A DNA stretch of 25,546 nucleotides from an uncultured Fibrobacterales bacterium (GCA_963934255.1 CAWVXU010000034.1:1-25546), one strand, 5' to 3'. Counted from the stretch's first letter, positions 8,942-18,030 are shown. A program made the numbers and translations. Notes: generated by a model not told the origin, from the sequence alone.

Positions 8942-8949
8942 TTCAGAGT

Positions 8950-9813
8950 TTACTGACAGTCCTCAATCAATGACCCAAGCGCTCGAATGAACGCCTTTTT
9001 ATAATCTAGCTCAGGATAAGCTTCGTAGGCATAATTGAGTCCACTTGAACTATTGAGCAAATGGAAATTACGTGTAGCTCCACCGTCTTTTAGTGCTTGA
9101 ATCACAGAACCAGCTTCACCACCTTGTTGGCCAGCAACACCCTTAACCGAAACGCCTGGAATTAAGAAGGGAATCTCATGACCAGCCTCCACAAAATACC
9201 TTGTAATCTTGACCATTTCAGCCAAATGAGTTGCCCCAACAACAGCACCTAGAGACCCGTTATCCCAAGTCATTAATTTATCAGCCACGCCATGAAAAAG
9301 AACTTCACTAGAAGCTCGACCTTCAAGCTTCAAATCTTGGAAATCAGAAGCGCCTTTGTTAGAGGTACGAAGTAAAGAATACACCCCTTTGGCTTCATCA
9401 TAATTGACAAATGGCATCAATGAATCTTCACCCATATAAGGGCTCGCGGTAATACAATCAGCGCCAAAGACATCAAATGCTGCCTGAGCATACGCTTGAG
9501 ATGATTTACCAATATCACCCCTTTTGGCATCGAGGACAACTAAAATTCCGCGCTTCTGATATTCAGAAATAAGGTCTTTTAATACTTGCTGGGCTTCAAT
9601 TGAAATACACTCATAATAAGCTGAATTGGGCTTGACTGCGGCCGGATAGATTTTTGCTTCATCCATTGCCTCAAGTAGACCCATATAAAAGTTCTTAATT
9701 TTCTCTTCGGCAGAACCCTCAAGAGGAATTCTATCAAGAACGGGGTCCATTCCCATACAGATAGGGTTTCCTACTTCATTGATACGTGCTTCTAATGTAT
9801 TTTGAAATCCCAT
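8950..9813 (-). CDS. pyrF: Orotidine-5'-phosphate decarboxylase (subfamily 2 type)
   Basis: CMGMDP, KPNSAYY, LDAKRGDIGKS catalytic motif, SPYMG, RTSN, GAVVGAT, LIPG. Start re-called at 9813 (GAGG RBS) rather than 9864. Confidence 0.93.
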   Translation of the reverse strand: MGFQNTLEARINEVGNPICMGMDPVLDRIPLEGSAEEKIKNFYMGLLEAMDEAKIYPAAVKPNSAYYECISIEAQQVLKDLISEYQKRGILVVLDAKRGDIGKSSQAYAQAAFDVFGADCITASPYMGEDSLMPFVNYDEAKGVYSLLRTSNKGASDFQDLKLEGRASSEVLFHGVADKLMTWDNGSLGAVVGATHLAEMVKITRYFVEAGHEIPFLIPGVSVKGVAGQQGGEAGSVIQALKDGGATRNFHLLNSSSGLNYAYEAYPELDYKKAFIRALGSLIEDCQ

Positions 9814-9867
9814 ATTAACCTCAATTGTTTTACCGTCTAAGTATAGAAAATTTTTTAAATTCATAAG

Positions 9868-11541
9868 ATGAGACTAAATAATATGGGCCGCACCTTTGCA
9901 AATTTTGAAAACCGTAAACTCATACTTGCGGTCAATGTTATCTTTTTGTCAATTCTGCCTATTATATTTATTGTTGTTCCCTTCACGAACTCATTAGATG
10001 ATCACGGGCGTATTTTCATTTTATTGATTGCTTTAATCAATACTTTTCTTTTAATAAAACGCCCCAAATCAGTTATTCCTTATTTTTTTTGCTCGTTTAT
10101 CAGTGTTTTGCCTACCTTCATTCTTTCAATGGAAGACCTTCCAAGCCAGCACATGAATCTAGTCCACTTGACTCGAACATTTATTTTCTTGTTTCTAAGT
10201 ACGATCTCCCTCAAGCCCAAGATTTCATGGCTACCATCTCTCATAATTCTCAGTCCTTTAATTTATTTGCTTAATCAGGCTGACTACACAATCACATTTG
10301 ACCTCACCAAAACCAGCTTAGTTCAAGTAACAACTCAATTCATCGCCCTGTTTTTCATTTTAATTTTCTGGGAAATCAATCGATCTGGTAATCAAATAAT
10401 TCATACTAAAAGAATCAGTAAAATTTTGTCCCAACTCAATAACAAACGAAAAGAATACCTTGAGTTAAATGGATTCAAAAACAAACTGATCAATAAGACT
10501 TCCCAAGATATTCGTACACCACTCAACATCATTTATAGTGAGATCCAATCATTTGAAAATGGTCAATATTTTAATTCAGATTTGCTTAAAGAAAAAATAA
10601 CTGATCTCATTGATTTAGTTGATAATGTTATTGAGTTAAACTCAGATAAAAAAACCATCCAGCCTATTAATCCTTTTTGGGTTTCTCACGAAGAGATTAA
10701 ATCCTGCTTTACTATTACAGGTAATTCAAACCTAGACAGTGACCACATGTTTCAGATCGTCAGTCTCAAGGAGAATGTTCACTATTTTTTAGATTTTCAT
10801 GTTCTGAAGCTCGGGCTTAAGCCTCTTATTAAAAACGCCATGGTTCATACTAAACGAGGCCAAATACAACTAGAAATTTTCTCAATGCGAATCTCCGAAA
10901 AATTGACTGAAATTTCATTTGTGCTACAAGACCAAGGCCAAGAGATGCCTCCTAAACAAATTAAAACTTTGTTTGAAGAAGCATCTTTTGATAACAATGG
11001 ACCTCGAGTAGCTGATGGTATTAGTATTGCTTACCACAACCTTATTGAAAGACTAGGGGCCCAATGGGAAATAGGACAAAATGATCATTTCCGTGGACTC
11101 AAGATTGAAGTCAAACTCAAAGTGCCTTATAAAATATTTGAGAATAGTGTTTTGGAAAAACTAGGTGACAGCCTAAAGTCAAAATCAATACTCATCGTAG
11201 ACGACATCAAAATGAATGCAAAAGTCTTGGAAAGAATTATAAGCCCCCTAGGGATGAATACGACAAGAGTTTACACCGGGTCTGACGCAGTCAAACTTTG
11301 TCAATCAAACCATTATGACTATGTTTTGATGGATTTACATATGCCAGAAGTAGACGGCTATGAGGCGTCCACACAAATCATTAACAGTGGCTTTACTGGA
11401 AGCATCATTGCAGTCACTGCTGAAAAAGGCATCAACACTATACCCAAAGCCTTAGGCATAGGAATCAAAGGTGTTGTTTTTAAACCTGTTAGCTTAAATC
11501 AAATTAAACAATCACTTATTACGCACTCACCTCTTCACTAA
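9868..11541 (+). CDS. Membrane hybrid histidine-kinase-like protein (TM-HisKA-HATPase-REC) with degenerate kinase core
   Basis: About 5-6 TM helices. H-box-like SQDIRTPLN, N-box LIKNAMVHT, G1-like QDQGQEM, G2-like ADGISIAY. C-terminal receiver ILIVDD...LMDLHMPEVDG...AVTA...KP. Confidence 0.85.
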   Translation: MRLNNMGRTFANFENRKLILAVNVIFLSILPIIFIVVPFTNSLDDHGRIFILLIALINTFLLIKRPKSVIPYFFCSFISVLPTFILSMEDLPSQHMNLVHLTRTFIFLFLSTISLKPKISWLPSLIILSPLIYLLNQADYTITFDLTKTSLVQVTTQFIALFFILIFWEINRSGNQIIHTKRISKILSQLNNKRKEYLELNGFKNKLINKTSQDIRTPLNIIYSEIQSFENGQYFNSDLLKEKITDLIDLVDNVIELNSDKKTIQPINPFWVSHEEIKSCFTITGNSNLDSDHMFQIVSLKENVHYFLDFHVLKLGLKPLIKNAMVHTKRGQIQLEIFSMRISEKLTEISFVLQDQGQEMPPKQIKTLFEEASFDNNGPRVADGISIAYHNLIERLGAQWEIGQNDHFRGLKIEVKLKVPYKIFENSVLEKLGDSLKSKSILIVDDIKMNAKVLERIISPLGMNTTRVYTGSDAVKLCQSNHYDYVLMDLHMPEVDGYEASTQIINSGFTGSIIAVTAEKGINTIPKALGIGIKGVVFKPVSLNQIKQSLITHSPLH

Positions 11542-11558
11542 TTCAATAGGACTTATTC

Positions 11559-12515
11559 GTGGAACTTAGTATTAAAACTAAAATCATTCGCACTCTCTGG
11601 ACACTTGGTATCCTATTTGGCCTTATGGCAGGTTGGGTGTTACTTCAGTATAACCAATTATTTTTCTACCAAGTAGAATCATACCAAAAGGCTATTATAT
11701 TTACTCTCGGAGAGGCACAAGAAGATGCGCTAGGTGAGGGTCTGCACTACAAATGGCCCTGGCCGATTGAGCGAGTTGAGATTGTTGATACTGAAATTGA
11801 CCGTAAAATTCAGATTGGATTTACTCTTTCTGATAAGGAAAATGCACAGAAAGTTCACCAAGACGAAGCTGCAGCCATACTCACCAGTGATGCAAATATT
11901 GTTGATATCGAAGTTGAGATTAACTATCACATCGGAGATCTTCGACAATTTGTAATTGAAATGGAAGACCCTGAGGAGGCTGTTCAAGATGCTAGTGTTT
12001 CCATACTCAATACAATTATAGGGCTACACCCAATAGAAGATATCTTGACTGAAAAAAAAGCAGCAATTGCCCGTGAAGTAAAATCTGAACTACAGAAACT
12101 TCTCAATCAATACAAAATTGGAATTGAGATTGACCGAGTTCAGTTTATTAAGGTACTTAATCCCACCCAAGTAAGAGAAGCATTTGAGTCCGTTGAGAGT
12201 GCCAAACAAGATTCAGCTATCGTTGTAGAGCAAGCCAAAGGTTATAGGAACCAAGAGCTCCCTAAAGCACGTGGTCAAGCTCATGCAATCCTCCAAGCAG
12301 CTGAAGGTTATGCCATTAGTCGAGTCTATCAGGCACAAGGTGAAACAGCTGAATTCTCTTCCTTCTTAAGTCGTCGAGGTAAAGCAAGTCAGCTCACTAG
12401 ACAAAGACTCTATCTTGAAACACTTGAAGAAGTACTACCTCAAGTACGAAAAGTTATCGTCGATCAAAAAAGTGGTTCTATTCCATTACTCAATCTTTTG
12501 GAGAATAAAAAATGA
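11559..12515 (+). CDS. hflK: FtsH modulator HflK (SPFH family)
   Basis: GTG start with AGGA RBS. Single TM, GLHYKWPWPIE, ILTSDANIVDI, VREAFESV, LPKARGQA, RLYLETLEEVL. Confidence 0.9.
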   Translation: MELSIKTKIIRTLWTLGILFGLMAGWVLLQYNQLFFYQVESYQKAIIFTLGEAQEDALGEGLHYKWPWPIERVEIVDTEIDRKIQIGFTLSDKENAQKVHQDEAAAILTSDANIVDIEVEINYHIGDLRQFVIEMEDPEEAVQDASVSILNTIIGLHPIEDILTEKKAAIAREVKSELQKLLNQYKIGIEIDRVQFIKVLNPTQVREAFESVESAKQDSAIVVEQAKGYRNQELPKARGQAHAILQAAEGYAISRVYQAQGETAEFSSFLSRRGKASQLTRQRLYLETLEEVLPQVRKVIVDQKSGSIPLLNLLENKK

Positions 12516-13372
12516 AACGTTGGATATTTTTACTTTTGATCATCATAGGCATCCCTGCTGTCCTTGTTTATTCCGGCGCCATTTTCATCATTGAAGAAAC
12601 AGAATATGGCGTTCTAACTGAGTTCAAAAAAGTTGTCAAATCATATGACTCACCCGGACCTAAATTTAAGCTGCCTTTCTTTCAAGAAATCCATCGATAC
12701 CCTGCTAAGGCTCTTACCGTAGATTCACCTCCGGAAAATGTGGTCACCGGTGATCAAAAAAAACTCTTTATTGATAGCTATGTAAAATACAAAATAGAGG
12801 ATCCTGTCAAGTTTAGAAATTCAGTACAGAATATTCAGCGTGCCAAAAATCGTATCTCAATTATCGCACATAATGCAATTAAAGATGCAGTAGGTAATAT
12901 GAACCTTCAAGATATAATTTCAAAAGGTCGCTCTAACCTAGGTAAAGAGGCACTTAAAATTGCTGCTATTGACGGGTCAACTCTAGGTATTAAAATTATT
13001 GCTATACAAATAAAAAGAGTAACCCTACCATCAGCAAATGTTAAAAAGGCATTTGAAAGAATGAAAGCTGAAAGATTTAAAGAAGCGCACTACTATAGAT
13101 CTAAGGGATTAGAAGAATCAACTATTATCCGTTCACAGACTGACAAAGAAATTGAAATCATGCTAAGTCAAGCCAAGCAACAAGCGGCATTCATGAGAGC
13201 AAAAGCTGAACTTACGGCTGATAGTATTTACCAAGCAGCGTACTCAAAAGACCCTAAGTTTTTCAAATACTACAGAAGTTTACAGGCACTTAAAGTGACA
13301 CTCGACACCAATACGACTGTTGTCCTGTCGCCAAATTCTGAGCTTTTCAAATATCTCGTCAAGCCGGAGTAA
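12512..13372 (+). CDS. hflC: FtsH modulator HflC (SPFH family)
   Basis: ATGA overlap with hflK. PGPKFKLPF, TGDQKKLFID, IKRVTLP, FERMKAER, AYSKDPKFFKYYRSLQA, VLSPNSELFKYL. Confidence 0.93.
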   Translation: MKRWIFLLLIIIGIPAVLVYSGAIFIIEETEYGVLTEFKKVVKSYDSPGPKFKLPFFQEIHRYPAKALTVDSPPENVVTGDQKKLFIDSYVKYKIEDPVKFRNSVQNIQRAKNRISIIAHNAIKDAVGNMNLQDIISKGRSNLGKEALKIAAIDGSTLGIKIIAIQIKRVTLPSANVKKAFERMKAERFKEAHYYRSKGLEESTIIRSQTDKEIEIMLSQAKQQAAFMRAKAELTADSIYQAAYSKDPKFFKYYRSLQALKVTLDTNTTVVLSPNSELFKYLVKPE

Positions 13373-13380
13373 TATTTTTG

Positions 13381-14595
13381 CTAATAGGCTTCAGGCCAGA
13401 GGCGACCATTGCGTACATAACCCCGATCTGGGCAATGTTCAAAGAAATAAGGGAGCAAAGGGTGCTCTACTTTGAATTCCGTGATTTCAGGTAAAAGATT
13501 AGATTGTGGAACATAAGCAATCCGTTGGCCATCTTCAACAAGAATTTTATACCAAGGCTGCTCTGTTACTTCTTGCGATTGATACAAGGAAGTTGGATTG
13601 GCGGACTTCCGTTTATCAAGTTTTTGAGGAGTAATGAATTTTTCATTTTGAAAACGAGCATCAAATTCAACAACAATTCCACAATAACCATATTCACTAT
13701 GTCGTACCACTTCACCCGTTTGGAAAAGCCGAAGAGTAGAGTCAACTATTTCACCAGTTTGCATAAAGACTTTACACTCTTCAATCAATTCGTAAATGAA
13801 GCGACCTAATGAATCATCACCCATTTGATGAGCTTCAGTGTTAACACATTTCAATACATAGTCAAGGATTTCAGTACTAGACATTAAGTTTTTAATGCTC
13901 TGCATAGCAACTTTTGGGTTCACACATTGTTTAGCTAAAAGCTGTAATCGGTTGAGCCCCATAAGTTCACCATAATTAGAAGTGTCGACAAAAAGGGCAG
14001 TACCTTTGACCGGGATATGAACTAAAATTCTATCAGGGAAATTACAAAATTTCATTTTCATCCCGAGTCTTGAACCCACGAGTATCAAAAGACATGATAA
14101 GCTAAAGCTAGTTCCTTTACGGGTTTCTAATAGAGATTGAAATTGAGATTGAATTGGCAAAGCAAAGGCTTCACTACCATGATATGAAGAGAATAATGCT
14201 GATCCAAATAAAAAATCAACTAGCTCTAGGGCTTGAATTGGCCGACCAGTTGAGATGAATTCACCTGCAATCGAATCTAAGGACTCTTTAAATTGAGTTT
14301 TTTGGCAAGGGTGTCCGAAGTCATTTAAAATCGCTAGGCCATTTTCAAGTCTTTGCAATGGACTCATGGAAAGTATTTGAGGCCAACGATTTTTCACATC
14401 TGTTCGAATTGATTGATGATAACTCGGCCAGAGACATTCTTGTAAGTAGGTAGATAATGAAAACCAAGTCGAACAAATCTGGGCTTGTATTTCACTCATA
14501 CTTGACTCAATTTGAGCTAAGGCATGCTTAGAGATATAACTCGAATCATCATCGGCTAATTTTAATAATGCTTGCAACACTTCTGGCTTCATCAT
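13381..14595 (-). CDS. SirB1/Transglut_core2-like domain fused to a C-terminal YccV/HspQ-like domain
   Basis: N-terminal LLKLADDDS; central LLETRKGTSFSLSCLLILVGSRLG...CNFPDRILV...LFVD (SirB1-like). C-terminal FQTGEVVRHSEYGYCGIVVEFD, QPWYKILVED, AYVPQSNL, HPLLPYFF (YccV-like). Confidence 0.8.
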   Translation of the reverse strand: MMKPEVLQALLKLADDDSSYISKHALAQIESSMSEIQAQICSTWFSLSTYLQECLWPSYHQSIRTDVKNRWPQILSMSPLQRLENGLAILNDFGHPCQKTQFKESLDSIAGEFISTGRPIQALELVDFLFGSALFSSYHGSEAFALPIQSQFQSLLETRKGTSFSLSCLLILVGSRLGMKMKFCNFPDRILVHIPVKGTALFVDTSNYGELMGLNRLQLLAKQCVNPKVAMQSIKNLMSSTEILDYVLKCVNTEAHQMGDDSLGRFIYELIEECKVFMQTGEIVDSTLRLFQTGEVVRHSEYGYCGIVVEFDARFQNEKFITPQKLDKRKSANPTSLYQSQEVTEQPWYKILVEDGQRIAYVPQSNLLPEITEFKVEHPLLPYFFEHCPDRGYVRNGRLWPEAY

Positions 14596-14751
14596 AAATC
14601 CTCACTTGATTCCTAAATTAATTATTCAATGGAAACAAAAGGAAGCTAAAGAGAGCTATTTAAAGGATTTAGATTATTCTAACTTCAAAAAGTTCAAAGC
14701 TCTCAAAACACTCATATAGATTTATCTTTTAAGTATTCCATCGGTGTAGGG

Positions 14752-15438
14752 ATGACACAAGAGATTCAACTAAGATTAGACTTTGCTAAAATAATTGCCT
14801 TGCTAGCGTGTGATTAGGCATCACAGGAACAAAGCAAGCCTAAACAAAATGATTTTAAATCACCGAAAGACATCGTCACTGGGGTCGATCAAGCTTGTGA
14901 TGAAATGATTTGTATTTCAATTACTCAAGAGACATCCCTCTATGAGGAGTGGCTGTGGCAATACTCTACCAAAACAAGGTCATTGCTGGAGCTAAATACT
15001 TACCAGCACTCAAAGAATTATATTACGTAAAAGAAGGTGGTGGTGGATTCTGTAGTGATAAACCAAAAGTTGTAAACACCCGTATACCGATCAAATAGTG
15101 ATTTCTAACGGCGACTTCAATACTGGTAATTTAGAAGACAACAACGCTAAAAACTTATCTGCTATGAAAAATCAAGCGACTCAGTTCCAACGAATTAAGT
15201 GTTTTGGTTCTGCTGTAGTCAAATCGAGTTATGTTGCCGCAGGTCGCCTTGAGGCTTATGTAATGCAAGTCTCCCATCTATGGGATAATCAGTGGCTGCG
15301 ATACTTGTTCAAGAAGCAGGTGGCCGAGTCACACACCTCAATGGTGCACCTCTTGAACTTATAGATGGTTGTGATGTCTTATTTAGCAGCGGCTACCATC
15401 ACGAAGAAATAGTCGCCGCGTTCAAACCTCAAAAATAA
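14752..15438 (+). pseudogene. Inositol monophosphatase (SuhB-like) pseudogene
   Basis: ATG 14752 gives MTQEIQLRLDFAKIIALLACD, then TAG (14815), then KSPKDIVTGVDQACDEMI. The DP(I/L)DGT metal motif was not found. Later come GSAVVKSSYVAAGRLEAY...HLWD, a frameshift near 15286, and AAILVQEAGGRVTHLNG...HEEIVAAFKPQK* (TAA 15436-15438). Confidence 0.88.
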
Positions 15439-16076
15439 ATACCAGCACTTATCATCACTGCATAAAGACTCATATCATCTTGCTTGTATAGATTGGTCAT
15501 TCCATATTGCCCACGGATATCGGAAAAGAGACCTTGAGCATAATGCATTTTCACTCCAGCGACTCCGCTAATAGTGTTTGAGTTCAAAGAGTTTTTTACT
15601 TCCACCACTTGAGCTCCAATTTCAGAATCTGCTTTGAAAATCAGGTTAAACTGTGGGCCGCCAAATACAGATATTTTTGGATTAAAATAGTATCCAATGA
15701 GCAAGGTTGGGTCAATTGTCGCCATTTTTAAATCTGAAGAATATCGACCAGTACTTTCAAACTCTGCTTTTTTTGTTGATTGTATAGACCACTGAGACAT
15801 TGCCATCTCACCCGTCAAATAAAATTTTTGAGTCAAATCGACTGTGGCTAAAATTGCCGGAGCAATAATCGAACCCATTTCTTTAAAGGCACCATCGCCC
15901 AAATCAGATGCATAACCCACAGAGAATTTAGCACCGACAGCCGGTATAAAATCAATCACTTTTGAGCCAGACATTGCCGTCTCAGCAATTTTGTTTTCCA
16001 TATTGGTATTGTCTTGTGACCAACTTGCACCAACTGCAATCAGAACTAGGGCAACATTAAGCATCCACTTTTTCAT
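15429..16076 (-). CDS. Outer-membrane beta-barrel protein (porin-family/OMP_b-brl-like)
   Basis: Start re-called at 16076 (GGAG RBS; MKKWMLNVALVLIAVGASWS|Q). Alternating beta-strands, GGPQFNLI, DIRGQYGMTN, C-terminal GIYF. Confidence 0.8.
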   Translation of the reverse strand: MKKWMLNVALVLIAVGASWSQDNTNMENKIAETAMSGSKVIDFIPAVGAKFSVGYASDLGDGAFKEMGSIIAPAILATVDLTQKFYLTGEMAMSQWSIQSTKKAEFESTGRYSSDLKMATIDPTLLIGYYFNPKISVFGGPQFNLIFKADSEIGAQVVEVKNSLNSNTISGVAGVKMHYAQGLFSDIRGQYGMTNLYKQDDMSLYAVMISAGIYF

Positions 16077-16138
16077 AGTGACTCCGATTAAAATCAAATT
16101 ATACTGTGAAAACTAGATTAATTTTTGACCCTTTCCAA

Positions 16139-17845
16139 CTATGGTTTAGAAAAAGGGAAAACTTCCGTACCTACCTTTAAATGATAATTTCCCGAACTTA
16201 ATTCCTGTATATTCCAACGAAGCTCTTGGCTTTTAATTTGACTTAAGGTTTGAACTCTAGAGCCCAAAATGTTAAAGATGCCAACACCTCCCACTGTAGA
16301 GACTTTCCATTTTGTTCCCAAATCAAGATGAATAAAGCCCTGCTCGTATTTAAACTCTATCATAGAAGTGTTCTTCATTTTTTCAAATACTGAGGTGGGT
16401 TTTCCGGTGCTTAGGGCCGCAAAGGCCGAGACCCCCACAAGCCCAGCATTATATCCAATACTCACCTCATTTGAAACATAATCAGTAATTACATCATCAT
16501 ACCCAACCGTCGTTCCACCACCAGCGGTTGTTGTCGTCGGACCACCGACCATAGCACCTGTTAATTCATAGAGGTGTTCAAGGTTTAAGTTCCAATTAGG
16601 GTCATCACGACCGTATGAGTTTTTGTGGTGAGGTTGAGTCGGTGAGTCCAGTCCAAACCCCACAACAAAGGAACGATTATACTCATTGGTTCCCATCACA
16701 TAATCAAGTTGAGAAAAGGCAAAGTCATAGTAGGCCTGGCCACCAAATATATCATAATAAAGCGCCGCTGAAAAGGCCGCATTTTGTGAGTATTGCAGAG
16801 TACCCCAATCTTGATTTAAGTACATCAAACCATTAACATAAGTCTGAGTACTGACTTTATCTAGATAAGAATCCACGGCATTTTTCCAATAAGACTGACT
16901 CTGAATGGCTCCAGCCTTAATCATCGAGTGGCGACAAAAATCTGACGGATTGGCCCAATCAACTACCCAGCCATGGCTCCCAATTTGAGTGTCGTAGGCT
17001 TTGGCTTTATCAAGATAAGATTGTGCATCTGCAGCACCTGGCTCTGCTCGGTAAATTTCAATGGCACCGCACATTAAATTGTCATGATAGGAGTTGTCTG
17101 CATAATAGCTCTCACCGGGCTCTTTAGTCTGTCCTGGGTTAGCTTCTGCATATTTATAAACTTCGCGTGCTTTGACTAAAAGTTGCTCAGCATAAACTAC
17201 GTCATAGGGTTGGTATAGTTTGGCCATCAGAGCCAGAGAAGCTGCAACTTGCCCTGCGATATCGGCCTTAGTTCCGAAATACACGGGACGAGGGTCACCG
17301 CCTTGGGCTGCTGTGTTAGTGCTCATCAAGGGGGAAGTTGTCCAAAAACTATGATCCTGATCGCCACCCACCCTTGATACCATTGAGTCCTGGTTCAAAA
17401 GTGTTTTATAGAGATAATCCGTCGCAATTTTAGCCTCACCCAATACATCGGGAATACCATCAGGCGAGCCTTGGTAATCCCAAGAATCTTTGTCAGCAAA
17501 TCCAGCACCAAATGCGTCGTAGGCTTTTAATAGAGTATAAGAGGAATAAGATATAGTCAGGCTAAACTTGATGAAATCACCTGCATCATGCCAACCACCT
17601 GAAAGGTCACGACCAAAGGTATGACCATCTTTGGGGAAAGAGATATGGCTTCCACTGTGTTGACCCACTAGCCAATTGGACAAGTCACCTGAACGCTGAG
17701 CCCCGTAAAATTTGGTGGCTATTTCATTTAAACTAGCGTACTCACTTGCTGAGAAATTAGCTGAGTATGAAATCCCCATCAGCAAGAAAAGTACAAATAA
17801 CACTTTTTGTGCCTGAGCATATAGTACAGTGTTTAATAAATTCAT
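16139..17845 (-). CDS. Secreted glycoside hydrolase family 9 (probable endoglucanase) with T9SS-like C-terminal tail
   Basis: Signal peptide; FYGAQRSG, DLSGGWHDAGDFIKF (catalytic base Asp residues), SFVVGFG..PTQPHH, GAMVGGP, DYVSNEVSIGYNAG (catalytic acid Glu). C-terminal IFNILGSRVQT...WNIQELSSGNYHLKV. GGAGG RBS. Confidence 0.93.
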   Translation of the reverse strand: MNLLNTVLYAQAQKVLFVLFLLMGISYSANFSASEYASLNEIATKFYGAQRSGDLSNWLVGQHSGSHISFPKDGHTFGRDLSGGWHDAGDFIKFSLTISYSSYTLLKAYDAFGAGFADKDSWDYQGSPDGIPDVLGEAKIATDYLYKTLLNQDSMVSRVGGDQDHSFWTTSPLMSTNTAAQGGDPRPVYFGTKADIAGQVAASLALMAKLYQPYDVVYAEQLLVKAREVYKYAEANPGQTKEPGESYYADNSYHDNLMCGAIEIYRAEPGAADAQSYLDKAKAYDTQIGSHGWVVDWANPSDFCRHSMIKAGAIQSQSYWKNAVDSYLDKVSTQTYVNGLMYLNQDWGTLQYSQNAAFSAALYYDIFGGQAYYDFAFSQLDYVMGTNEYNRSFVVGFGLDSPTQPHHKNSYGRDDPNWNLNLEHLYELTGAMVGGPTTTTAGGGTTVGYDDVITDYVSNEVSIGYNAGLVGVSAFAALSTGKPTSVFEKMKNTSMIEFKYEQGFIHLDLGTKWKVSTVGGVGIFNILGSRVQTLSQIKSQELRWNIQELSSGNYHLKVGTEVFPFSKP

Positions 17846-17876
17846 TGTATACCTCCGATATCTACAACATAGGTGA

Positions 17877-18000
17877 AATGGCTGCCAACTACTTCCTATT
17901 TTCTATTAAATACTTGGTATTTTCTTTAACAAAATAGGAAGACAGCTCAAATCCGCCCTGAATTTGGGCTATTTGAGTTTATCAGATGGTTTCAGCCATT
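17877..18000. other. Structured intergenic element (nested inverted repeats) upstream of the GH9 gene
   Basis: AATGGCTG (17877-84) / CAGCCATT (17993-18000) enclose two hairpins: CTTCCTATTTT (17892-902) / AAAATAGGAAG (17931-41) and CTCAAAT..GCCC / GGGC..ATTTGAG (17946-77). Confidence 0.6.
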
Positions 18001-18030
18001 GAAACAATAACAATTAAAATGATTCTTAAG

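Noticed and set aside
5678..15438. Stop-codon reassignment as an explanation for the in-frame TGA and TAG in the broken genes
   Set aside because: Intact genes here end in TAA, TAG and TGA, and the broken genes also carry frameshifts and deletions.
17877..18000. Known riboswitch (c-di-AMP/ydaO, c-di-GMP, fluoride) in the GH9 leader
   Set aside because: Only a short GCUGAAAC resemblance to the ydaO 5' end. The other conserved blocks I would expect are absent, so it is kept as an unassigned structure.
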